A stretch of 64,000 bases of DNA from Escherichia coli (lineage in GTDB: Bacteria > Pseudomonadota > Gammaproteobacteria > Enterobacterales > Enterobacteriaceae): assembly GCA_025336685.1 (NCBI GenBank), contig GCA_025336685.1_4717.1; one strand, given 5' to 3'. Both the position numbers and the translations under genes were made by a program. Below the pieces are notes generated by a model. It had not been told where the DNA came from and made no database searches. It worked only from the letters and a program-made list of their open reading frames with translations. Positions within the stretch are counted from its first letter, which is position 1. Each line of letters opens with the position of its first letter. Positions 19,001 to 27,878 of the stretch are shown here, piece after piece.

Positions 19001-19288
19001 TTAAAATTCCACACCGCGACCGGTCATCGACGAAGGAACCGTGCGATAATAGAAGTAGATGTAATGGTCGCGATGGCTAAAATAGTTTTTGCAAGCATAG
19101 AACTCTCCAGATCCAATGAATGATTTAATACGTGTGACTTGAGGGTGTCGTTCGATTAGCGCTCGTAGGACGATTTCCATTTGGTGTGCGCTCAAGCCTG
19201 GTCGAGCTGCGACATGATAATGAAGCTCCTTAAGAAATCGTTTCCAGGGTTCGGGTTGTGTCGACGATCGAGACATCGTTATCTCCAT
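19001..19288 (-). CDS. hypothetical protein
   Basis: 95-aa ORF, RBS GGAG. Confidence 0.45.
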   Translation of the reverse strand: MEITMSRSSTQPEPWKRFLKELHYHVAARPGLSAHQMEIVLRALIERHPQVTRIKSFIGSGEFYACKNYFSHRDHYIYFYYRTVPSSMTGRGVEF

Positions 19289-19314
19289 AGCAGGTACCGG
19301 TAACGCGGCATAAA

Positions 19315-19332
19315 CCCTCCCCGAAGGGAGGG
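19315..19332 (-). terminator. hairpin CCCTCCC-CGAA-GGGAGGG (UUCG loop on RNA) followed by UUUAUGCCG
   Basis: Perfect 7-bp stem, tetraloop, U-rich tail. Confidence 0.55.
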
Positions 19333-19342
19333 CGGTTAATGA

Positions 19343-19900
19343 TTACTCCATCCATACTTCTTCGTCGTAATGATTTTCTATCGCATTACGCCAAAAACGT
19401 ACGGTGTCCAAACTAATCGGTGCGTAAAAGTGTTGGTCAACGCCTACATTAAGTCCGTTGGCCTTCGCTAACATACAGCGATGAATGTGCCCGAATAGAT
19501 TGAAGTAGCCTGGGTTTCTTTCGCTGGGCTTATGGCATAGCCAGTAGGATTCGTCATTGCTAATCGGCAATACCAGCGGATGTTCATAAACAGCAGCAAA
19601 CCCCATACCGAGCAGTTTATCACGCCACGCGTCGAAGCTTAATCCTGTCGCTTTGTATGCGTCTTCGTCCCAATTCCCCATTACCAATTGAACCTGGATA
19701 TCAGAACGAATGGCTTCCACGAACTCGAACTTACCCCAATCACCTAAATGCCACAACACACTGTTCTTTGGAAGATTGTTGATGGCTTTCAGCATATGCT
19801 GGTTCATATCGGCGACGCTTGCGAACGGACGGCGTGAATACGTCCATGTACGCTCGCTATCAAAATGGGTATCCGATATAAAGAAGATGGGTGAGGTCAT
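19343..19900 (-). CDS. calcineurin-like metallophosphoesterase
   Basis: Motifs ISDTHF, GDWG, GNWD, GHIH. Confidence 0.7.
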   Translation of the reverse strand: MTSPIFFISDTHFDSERTWTYSRRPFASVADMNQHMLKAINNLPKNSVLWHLGDWGKFEFVEAIRSDIQVQLVMGNWDEDAYKATGLSFDAWRDKLLGMGFAAVYEHPLVLPISNDESYWLCHKPSERNPGYFNLFGHIHRCMLAKANGLNVGVDQHFYAPISLDTVRFWRNAIENHYDEEVWME

Positions 19901-20379
19901 CGATTTAATTGCTCCAGAAATGCACGACCCGATTTACTTGCTTTTAAATGTTGTTCTGCGGAAGTAAGCAGAAGATCGGTTGGTGTGAATGCAGCGCTAC
20001 CTTTCCACGCCGTTTTCAGTTTACCCTTTTCGATACTGAACTGAATCAGTTGTTGGGTACCGAAGTTAAGCGTGTTCGTTGCGGCGCTAAATACACCACC
20101 CATCATGCTGTAACCAAAGACTTTCACATTTTCCGTGTAGAAGTCATTGTCGATCAATTTGTTCTGGAGCTCGAGTTGGTCGGACGGCAGTAATCCCCCA
20201 TCAAAGACACTTAAAATACCAGCCAGGCGATACATACTCACCTTCCCTGCAACGCCCACCACGTAATTGCCATACACGGTTTCTTCCAGTTTAGCAACAA
20301 CGGTGCGATCGTCGGAGGTTTTCATCGAAACCTCAATACCATCACCAACTTCTGTCAACGTTAAATCAACGATACTCAT
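19897..20379 (-). CDS. hypothetical protein
   Basis: 160-aa ORF, ATGA overlap with upstream gene. Confidence 0.45.
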   Translation of the reverse strand: MSIVDLTLTEVGDGIEVSMKTSDDRTVVAKLEETVYGNYVVGVAGKVSMYRLAGILSVFDGGLLPSDQLELQNKLIDNDFYTENVKVFGYSMMGGVFSAATNTLNFGTQQLIQFSIEKGKLKTAWKGSAAFTPTDLLLTSAEQHLKASKSGRAFLEQLNR

Positions 20380-20401
20380 TCATTATTCTCCGCTTTCATG
20401 T

Positions 20402-21088
20402 TTAACACATGATTTCACCATGTTTCTTTTCAACATACGTATAAACGTCATCCAAATAAGCAATGAGTTTATCCCGATTTGCACAAAGCGATTTAATCGC
20501 CGCAATCTCTTTCATATAAAGCTGCTGACCTAACGCCGGATAAGTAATCCAAGCATAGCCGTCAGGCGCAAATTTAGAAATAAGATAATCGGCGGTTTCC
20601 TGTAATGCGAACTCTTTACTCATCTGACCGTAACGATGTTCGATTGCACGGATACCAAAACGTTCACTATCCAGACGACCCATATCCGCCAAACGAAGCA
20701 CCTGAGAAGCAACCGAGCTACGTGGACCGGAGTATGAGGCACGGTGTTCAGCAATAAGTACACGTATCTCCTCGATGTCTTCTGGTGTGAAAATATGTTG
20801 CTCGTTACGAAGCAGGATAACCGCTGCACGAATACCCCCGATGAGGTGGTGGTATGTTCTGTTTTCATGGCATGCAATATCGTGCATAAAAGCGGCAGTT
20901 AATAGACGACGACGTTCCGTGGGTCTGATGATGCCAACCACATCGGCAAGCTCATTTGCCAGTTCAACAACAGCAAGCACATGTTCTTCTTGATGGGCAA
21001 GATCGTTCTTCTGAATATTTTCAATTACTTCAGCGCGAGTTTCCTGAGATAAGAAATTTAAACAATCCAACGAATATAAAGATTTCAT
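20402..21088 (-). CDS. HD-domain phosphohydrolase
   Basis: HEEHVLAVVELA ... FMHDIACHE (H..HD metal-binding pattern). Confidence 0.6.
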   Translation of the reverse strand: MKSLYSLDCLNFLSQETRAEVIENIQKNDLAHQEEHVLAVVELANELADVVGIIRPTERRRLLTAAFMHDIACHENRTYHHLIGGIRAAVILLRNEQHIFTPEDIEEIRVLIAEHRASYSGPRSSVASQVLRLADMGRLDSERFGIRAIEHRYGQMSKEFALQETADYLISKFAPDGYAWITYPALGQQLYMKEIAAIKSLCANRDKLIAYLDDVYTYVEKKHGEIMC

Positions 21089-21136
21089 CGCACGTACCTC
21101 TTTGAATCGGTAGATAGATTAATAGATATTGATTAC

Positions 21137-21161
21137 TCACGTAAGTAATATAGCCGTGAAA
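21137..21161 (-). promoter_or_regulatory. conserved promoter-like motif (TATATTAC core), copy 1
   Basis: Plus strand TCACGTAAGTAATATAGCCGTGAAA, 49-73 nt upstream of the HD gene start. Confidence 0.5.
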
Positions 21162-21304
21162 GGATTTGTGTTGGTCCGTTTCGATGCCCATCGTATTTTA
21201 TGGATTGTCGAATGACGTCATTTTAAGGGACATCCCCGACCTCCTCCCCACACCTTTCCAGGGGAGGAGTTTTATCATACTTTTCTATTAATTCGAGCGC
21301 GATT

Positions 21305-23386
21305 ATGTTGGATAGAATCAATCGTTTAATGAACCGAATGACGGTTAAAAATCAGAGTAACAATACCGTGCATATCGGGGGTATCGATGCGTGGCGTCTT
21401 TCAGATGACATTCAGCGAATATGGGGTACCTCCCGATTTATGAAGCACATGTTTCGTAATTTTTCTTCTAGTGGGCTCAGTCTCCACAACTTTTACCTCC
21501 CCGATTTCGTTTATATTCTCGAAACGATCATCGAGGCAAAGAATACCCGTAGCAACAAACGCATGCTGAAACACCTTATCGAGATACTACTACAGGAAAC
21601 ATGGTTGCAAAATACCACCATCGAGCAGCCCGCAATCCTCGATAAAGCACGCATGAACAAAATGCTAACGCTCTCTCTGTTCGATTATCAAGATGAGTTC
21701 ATCGACATCTATAACCGTAACGTACCTAAATACCGACTGAAAGGATACGTGTGTGCGATGGGTGCAGGTGCCGGTAAAACGATCACAGCGCTGGCATTAA
21801 GCGCCGCAATGAACGTCGATGTATTTGTGGTCTGCTGTCCTAAGAACACCATGCGTTCAGCATGGCAATCCGATGTAAACAAAGCCATCGTTGATCCTGC
21901 AACAGAAACCGCGTTCTGGTCAGACACAATGCCACCATCACAGCTGCAGAAAAGCGATAAGTACTATTTTCTACATTACGAATCGATGGGCTTATTAAAC
22001 GATGTGATGATCAAGCATAAACGCACAGCGAAGCGCGTTCTTATTGTTGTTGACGAAAGCCATAACTTCAACGACAAGAACAGCCAACGTTCCCAGCGAC
22101 TGGTTGATCTTGTACAGACAATGCGTCAGACCATGAATGCGGATGTGCACGTCTTGTTTATGTCAGGTACCCCTGTTAAACAGATGGGTTCTGAGATGAT
22201 CCCATGTTTAGGTTGTATCGATCCGATGTTCCAAGGACAGGTGGTCGATAGCTTCAAAGCAATTTACGGTTTAACCAGCAGCCGTGCTAACGATATCCTC
22301 AGACATCGTCTTGGGTTCATGATGCATGTCGTACCTAAAGAGGCTTACCGTAAAACCCGTCCGGAAGTTCAGGATGTTTACGTGAAGCTTCCTAATGGTA
22401 GCGATTATACCATCTCGAGCATTCGTGACGACATGGCGATATTTGTACGCGATCGGGCGAAGTATTACAAGGATAACTGGGGACATTACCGAAAGATTTT
22501 TGATGATGCCTTGGACTACTATCGTAAGACTATTCGTACCGACGGAGAACGTAAAGAGCTATCTCGATACGAATCGATTGTTGCGCGTTTCCAGAAAGGT
22601 TACGATCCCGTCAGAGACAAAGACGATGCGATGTTCTGCAGCGCGTTTGAAAAACGTTCCATCATGCCAGTTCTTCCTTCTGATTTAAGGGTTGCTTTCA
22701 AAGACGCCAAGAGCGTCATCAAGTACGTTGGGTTGAAAATTCAGGGTGAAGCATTGGCCCGTGTTCTGGGCGCAGCGCGCATTCGGTGTCATGTCGACAT
22801 GGTGGAATACATCGACTTCGAAGGGTACATCAATAACGCCGAAGCCAAAGTGTTGATCTTCACGTCGTACGTTCAGGTGGTTGAACGCGTCGATAACATG
22901 CTTCGTGATGCGGGCTTCTTACCGGAACCCATTTACGGGAAGACCAACAAAAACATCAACCAAATACTTGCCCGTCTACGCGACGATCCTGACAGCGGTC
23001 CCGCTATCGCAACCTTTGATAGCTTAGCTGAAGGGGTTCCGATGCTGATGTGTAATGTGGGTCTCTTCTTGAACAACCCGTGGCGTTCATCCGATGAAAT
23101 CCAAGCCATCAGCCGTCTCGACCGTGTAGGGCAAACGCAACCTGTTCGGATTTATCGTTTCATGTTAGATACGGGAAGCGAGGGTAACGTTTCTACCCGT
23201 AGTCACGAAATCATGGAGTTAAGTCGACAGCTTGTTGAAGAAATCACGGGCGTCAAATATGTAGTGAACAAGCAAGATGATGTTAACTTGCAAGAAACGT
23301 TGGCGATGGAAGGATACGATCAATACGTTACCGTAAACGCCACGGAATACGATATTAAACCACGACCTGCGTTCTTGGAATGGTAA
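21305..23386 (+). CDS. SF2 (SNF2/DEAH-like) helicase
   Basis: Walker A MGAGAGKT, DEAH-like VVDESHNF. Confidence 0.7.
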   Translation: MLDRINRLMNRMTVKNQSNNTVHIGGIDAWRLSDDIQRIWGTSRFMKHMFRNFSSSGLSLHNFYLPDFVYILETIIEAKNTRSNKRMLKHLIEILLQETWLQNTTIEQPAILDKARMNKMLTLSLFDYQDEFIDIYNRNVPKYRLKGYVCAMGAGAGKTITALALSAAMNVDVFVVCCPKNTMRSAWQSDVNKAIVDPATETAFWSDTMPPSQLQKSDKYYFLHYESMGLLNDVMIKHKRTAKRVLIVVDESHNFNDKNSQRSQRLVDLVQTMRQTMNADVHVLFMSGTPVKQMGSEMIPCLGCIDPMFQGQVVDSFKAIYGLTSSRANDILRHRLGFMMHVVPKEAYRKTRPEVQDVYVKLPNGSDYTISSIRDDMAIFVRDRAKYYKDNWGHYRKIFDDALDYYRKTIRTDGERKELSRYESIVARFQKGYDPVRDKDDAMFCSAFEKRSIMPVLPSDLRVAFKDAKSVIKYVGLKIQGEALARVLGAARIRCHVDMVEYIDFEGYINNAEAKVLIFTSYVQVVERVDNMLRDAGFLPEPIYGKTNKNINQILARLRDDPDSGPAIATFDSLAEGVPMLMCNVGLFLNNPWRSSDEIQAISRLDRVGQTQPVRIYRFMLDTGSEGNVSTRSHEIMELSRQLVEEITGVKYVVNKQDDVNLQETLAMEGYDQYVTVNATEYDIKPRPAFLEW

Positions 23387-23392
23387 TTAAGA

Positions 23393-23418
23393 AGCTCTGT
23401 CTGATGTCAGACAGAGCT
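23393..23418 (+). terminator. hairpin AGCTCTGTCT-GATGTC-AGACAGAGCT followed by TTTATGCCG
   Basis: 10-bp perfect stem 6 nt after the helicase stop. Confidence 0.6.
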
Positions 23419-23485
23419 TTATGCCGTGTTTGTTACAAAATCGTATGGCGTATATGCGTTGTACTTATTAAATAGGACAGAATAC

Positions 23486-24937
23486 ATGAAACTCAAACAA
23501 AGCTGGAAAGACGAACTTCTTGCGTTAGTAAATAGCAAAAACAGTTTACAGCTGACATTAGCCGACGTAAAATTTGAACTAACTGAACCGGTAAGCGAAG
23601 TGCCCGGAACGGTTACTGTTACGATCAAACCGAACGATGATAGCCGTTACTTTAACGAGCAGTCTCTGACCTACATCCGTCGAGACATCGCTAAAAACTT
23701 CACCGGGATCCCGTTACGGGTTATCGTTAAAAATGATACTGCCGTAAAGGATATCATCAACACGATCGCTGAACGTTACGGATTGGTATTTGACACAACC
23801 GTCGACTTCCTCGAATCCGAGCTGAATAAACAAATTACGTTCGCAGACACCGGTATTAAAGACATCACGGTTCCGGTTGCAAACACGTCTTATGTTTGGG
23901 CTGGTAATCTTCAGTTCAACATTGCTAACGATACGTTAAGCTTGATTACGATCATCAAGCAAACCGATCTTACGAATCTGGTTTATCTGGATGGTGTTGA
24001 AGCTGATACAACGGGATCGTTACTATTAGCAACGACCTCGGTTATCGACGAAAACGGAAATACCGAAACAACTGAAGGTGTCCTTGACGCAGCGCACTTC
24101 CAGAATGTCCTGAACGTCATGGTTCGTTATGGTGATATTACCAACGAACAAATGCAACAAGCAATGCAGACAATTAACCAAAGCGAAGACGTTCGTAGAG
24201 TAGAGGTGAGATCATACGGTGACGCCGAATTACTGGTAACCACCAAGAAAGATTGGGCTATCGGCAGCCTTAAGGGTGCTATGGTTGTTGGACGCGCTTC
24301 ACCTAAACCGATCCAATACGTTCTTAAAACAAAAGGCGGCAGCATTATATTATCATTAGATGGTTGGACAAATGTTTCCATCGATTGGGGTGATGGGAAT
24401 AAGACGACGGAGGACTCAGTCGATAATGAATATCGGCACACCTATGCGGACACTACAGAACGTACGATCGTCGCTACGGGTACCCCTACCAACGTTGAAG
24501 ATACAGAGGTACAGCAAAGCTTCACCGGTGGTAACATCACTGAAATCGTTGACTGGAACAACGGATTACCTAAGGCCCCATCATTACCTGCGGCGAACAG
24601 TTTAACTAAGGTTCCTAATTATATCCCGGCATACTGGACATCGTTAGAAGGTATGTTTACACGATGCAGCGTTATTAACGACGTGAACATCACCAAATGG
24701 AACACCCGCAACATTACTTCAATGAAGGACCTCTTCTACGGTTGCGCTGCGTTCAACCAACCGATCGGTTCGTGGGATGTTTCGTCTGTTAAGAATATCG
24801 ACAATATGTTGTCTGGATGCTTCGCGTTCAATCAGGATCTGAGTGGTTGGACATTCCCGGCAGGCACTTCACACATCAACTACGACGGCATGACCGCCGT
24901 GTGGAGTACTGAACACAAACCACACTTCGCTGAGTAA
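23486..24937 (+). CDS. protein with C-terminal DUF285/BspA-like repeats
   Basis: Track start is further upstream; ATG 23486 (MKLKQSW) has AGGA RBS; C-terminus has repeats FNQPIGSWDVSSVKNIDNML / FNQDLSGW. Confidence 0.55.
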   Translation: MKLKQSWKDELLALVNSKNSLQLTLADVKFELTEPVSEVPGTVTVTIKPNDDSRYFNEQSLTYIRRDIAKNFTGIPLRVIVKNDTAVKDIINTIAERYGLVFDTTVDFLESELNKQITFADTGIKDITVPVANTSYVWAGNLQFNIANDTLSLITIIKQTDLTNLVYLDGVEADTTGSLLLATTSVIDENGNTETTEGVLDAAHFQNVLNVMVRYGDITNEQMQQAMQTINQSEDVRRVEVRSYGDAELLVTTKKDWAIGSLKGAMVVGRASPKPIQYVLKTKGGSIILSLDGWTNVSIDWGDGNKTTEDSVDNEYRHTYADTTERTIVATGTPTNVEDTEVQQSFTGGNITEIVDWNNGLPKAPSLPAANSLTKVPNYIPAYWTSLEGMFTRCSVINDVNITKWNTRNITSMKDLFYGCAAFNQPIGSWDVSSVKNIDNMLSGCFAFNQDLSGWTFPAGTSHINYDGMTAVWSTEHKPHFAE

Positions 24938-24956
24938 AAAAAAATAGTTAGCATAT

Positions 24957-24989
24957 CTTCCTCCCTACCCATAACGGGCGGGGAGGAAG
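24957..24989. terminator. hairpin CTTCCTCCC ... GGGAGGAAG between convergent genes
   Basis: 9-bp stem, followed by GTTTATG on the plus strand. Confidence 0.5.
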
Positions 24990-25006
24990 GTTTATGTGGC
25001 TATGAC

Positions 25007-25345
25007 TTAGAACCAGAGTTCTTTCATGAGGTAGGCTTCCATATCGTAGATAAGCCACTCGTCAGGAATTTCTAAAGGATCGTCTTCGGTTAAGGTCAGC
25101 ATGTGCAGGGCGAACGCACGCTTAATATCGTTCAGCAGTTTCTCGTCGTCGTAACCTTCGGGTAGTTTACGGTCTACCAGTTGGGTTTGTTTATAGACAG
25201 CACAGAACGCTTCAGGGCTATGTTTGTCCATCGGAAATTGTTCGGCGGCCTGGACCATCGTCAACGTCCAGCTTACAACATTGTAACGCTCACCGTTAAT
25301 TTCACTGAACTGATCATCGATTAAACAGATTTGTTGTACGTTCAT
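25007..25345 (-). CDS. hypothetical protein
   Basis: 112-aa ORF. Confidence 0.45.
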   Translation of the reverse strand: MNVQQICLIDDQFSEINGERYNVVSWTLTMVQAAEQFPMDKHSPEAFCAVYKQTQLVDRKLPEGYDDEKLLNDIKRAFALHMLTLTEDDPLEIPDEWLIYDMEAYLMKELWF

Positions 25346-26235
25346 TCATTTTCTCCATTCTTATCTTGGTCGCAATCGCACTCTTCGACGTCTTTCTTAC
25401 TTAAACGTAAGACACCAAGTGCGGCATGCTTGAGTTCTTGCAACGCGCTTTTCAGCTGACCTTCTTCATCGAAATCAAAATACTTCTCGTTGTAGCTTAA
25501 TGCTGGAATCATATTTACGAGAGGCTCGATGGCAGGCATCAACATTTCAATAACAACCTTAGGATCAACAAAGCGTTCAAACCCTTCAGGAAGTTTGCTT
25601 ACCACAACTTTATCGTTCTTGATGAAGAATTTGTTCTTGAACAAATCGTCAAGAATAGCGTTCTCTTCATCCGTACGTTTTGCGTGAGGACGATCGATCA
25701 TCTGCACAAACACATCACTCAACGCTTCAGGCAAGGTCGGATTTTCACGAAGAGAAGTTCCAGCCGGAATTTCAATATCGATCTTTGCCCACTCAACAAC
25801 CTGGTGATCTCGTGTGTAGATAACATCGACTTCCCATGCCAGGCCGTCCGGACTTTCTACGGTGTAGCGTGTTTTCGCCTGACCTTCCGGAGCCATACGC
25901 TCGATAGCATCAAACATCTCGACTGGAATTTCGACTTCGCTTTCCGTTGCATCGCCTGGACCACGATACACCTTCGTGGTCATGATGTATTTCGGTTCTT
26001 CGTTATCGATCTGTATAGCTCGTGCTCGTACTTGACCTTTCACACCACCAACGGCCGTGTTATCAAACAACCATTGATGTTGCACCATATGTTCGATTTT
26101 TGATGCTACTTGACGAAGACGCTCAACACCATCCTCAGCCAGTTTACCAAAGAAGACCAGCTCACGTTCCTGCTGTGTCTCACCACTTAACATCATTAAA
26201 TTGGCGATTTGTTTCACGCCTCTTACTTTTGACAT
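25342..26235 (-). CDS. hypothetical protein
   Basis: 297-aa ORF. Confidence 0.5.
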   Translation of the reverse strand: MSKVRGVKQIANLMMLSGETQQERELVFFGKLAEDGVERLRQVASKIEHMVQHQWLFDNTAVGGVKGQVRARAIQIDNEEPKYIMTTKVYRGPGDATESEVEIPVEMFDAIERMAPEGQAKTRYTVESPDGLAWEVDVIYTRDHQVVEWAKIDIEIPAGTSLRENPTLPEALSDVFVQMIDRPHAKRTDEENAILDDLFKNKFFIKNDKVVVSKLPEGFERFVDPKVVIEMLMPAIEPLVNMIPALSYNEKYFDFDEEGQLKSALQELKHAALGVLRLSKKDVEECDCDQDKNGENE

Positions 26236-26303
26236 ATATGCTCCGGTTGTAAGGGCCTGCTTCGAGGCCCTTCATTGATTTTTGATTCCACCAAACGCTA
26301 TCG

Positions 26304-27878
26304 TTACAATTCAAAATCTTCATCGATAACGCGCTGGGTAAGCACTTTGTCGCTGAAGAACTCCACCTTGCGCTGATGGTATTTACGATGCGCTTCGATA
26401 GAAGTACATACCAGATACCAGAAGGTTGGCGTCATTCCTTCAAACTTCCCTTTCAGCTGACGCAGTCGCCCCAACACCTGAATGTTACCGGTTCGTGACC
26501 CCATCGCTAACGTCATGAACGCCATCACCAAGTCAGGAAGGTCGATGCCCGTACCTGCCGATTTCACCGTCGTAACGCTAATATCGTTATCCAACAAGAC
26601 CATGAAATCTTCTTCAGCCGTATAAGGACCGATCTCTAACTCAGGAATACGTTCACTGAGATAATGCGACAACGACTTACACATATCAACGGTTGCACAA
26701 TACACCAGCATCTTCATACCTTCCTGATACTGGTTCATGAAACCTTTGATGATAACCGTATAGATAAAGTTGAAATACGCGAGTTTGAGCTGCTTGTTCT
26801 TCATGATAGACTGTTCGAATATCGTGTGAGAATAAGAACCCCCAAACCCTTTGTATCTGACTTTATCTGTACTACGTAGTCGATACGTCACGGCATTTAC
26901 CGCAATGTATTTCTTGTATTCGCCTTTCGCATAACGGGCTTCTTTCGGATACATCAAATACAACATCCGCTCGATGAACGGATCATCGGACACCGCCGTT
27001 GCTGACAGATAGATGATTTCCGGAATACTAGCGTAACACTTGACCTTAAACAAGAAATGCAATGCTTCATGGCACTCGTCATGAATCAGAAGGCCTATGC
27101 CGGTCTTTTCCCAAAACTCAGCGGGATGAAAGGCATACGGCGCAACGCAGTTATTCTTCTCGTAGTCCGCAATATAACGTTGGAACATGTTCAAGGAGAA
27201 CAATGCGATTTTGAAGTCGAGTTCACCTTGTTCAACCAAGGTTTGAAACTCCAACATACTGTAACGAGGAATGTCGGGATGCGGTGGATCCTCCTTAGCG
27301 TTCCCGCGTATCTCGATAACGTCCCCTGGTTCCATCCCGAAGAAGTTCAGCAGTGAGCTTCGCCAACCTGGCATGTATCTCGGCGACAGAATGATACCCG
27401 TCCGTACACCGCGTCGGAAGGTAATCTCCTGCGACATGGCCGTTTTTCCCGACCCTGTTTGAGCGGTGTTTAGACTCATTCTGAAGGGGGTATCCTTACC
27501 CCCATTCATGTACTCCAACCATTCTTGCTGATCTTCACGCCATGGGAACTTCCATTTCTTTACGAACTCCACTTCTTTACCTGGTGCCGGATCGTGATAA
27601 ACGATTTCCAACCACTCTTTTCGTATCCCTCGGGAAAAGATAAAATCCAAAAACGATTTCAACTGTTCGCGGAGTAAGTATACCTCGCTATAATCGCTTC
27701 TCGCTGCGGCATACGTGTTTATGGTATCGGTAACCATTCTCCGTGTACGAGGGTCGCGCCGTTTCCTCAGATGCAAACAACGGTCTCGAAGGTAATGGCC
27801 GATAAGATGGGCAAATCGAAGTCCGTATCCGCTCAGCTTCATGCCATGCGAGAAGACGTCGATACGAGCTAACTTCAT
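26304..27878 (-). CDS. SF2 DExH-box helicase
   Basis: Walker A TGSGKT, motif II LIHDECHE; ATGA overlap with upstream stop. Confidence 0.7.
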   Translation of the reverse strand: MKLARIDVFSHGMKLSGYGLRFAHLIGHYLRDRCLHLRKRRDPRTRRMVTDTINTYAAARSDYSEVYLLREQLKSFLDFIFSRGIRKEWLEIVYHDPAPGKEVEFVKKWKFPWREDQQEWLEYMNGGKDTPFRMSLNTAQTGSGKTAMSQEITFRRGVRTGIILSPRYMPGWRSSLLNFFGMEPGDVIEIRGNAKEDPPHPDIPRYSMLEFQTLVEQGELDFKIALFSLNMFQRYIADYEKNNCVAPYAFHPAEFWEKTGIGLLIHDECHEALHFLFKVKCYASIPEIIYLSATAVSDDPFIERMLYLMYPKEARYAKGEYKKYIAVNAVTYRLRSTDKVRYKGFGGSYSHTIFEQSIMKNKQLKLAYFNFIYTVIIKGFMNQYQEGMKMLVYCATVDMCKSLSHYLSERIPELEIGPYTAEEDFMVLLDNDISVTTVKSAGTGIDLPDLVMAFMTLAMGSRTGNIQVLGRLRQLKGKFEGMTPTFWYLVCTSIEAHRKYHQRKVEFFSDKVLTQRVIDEDFEL

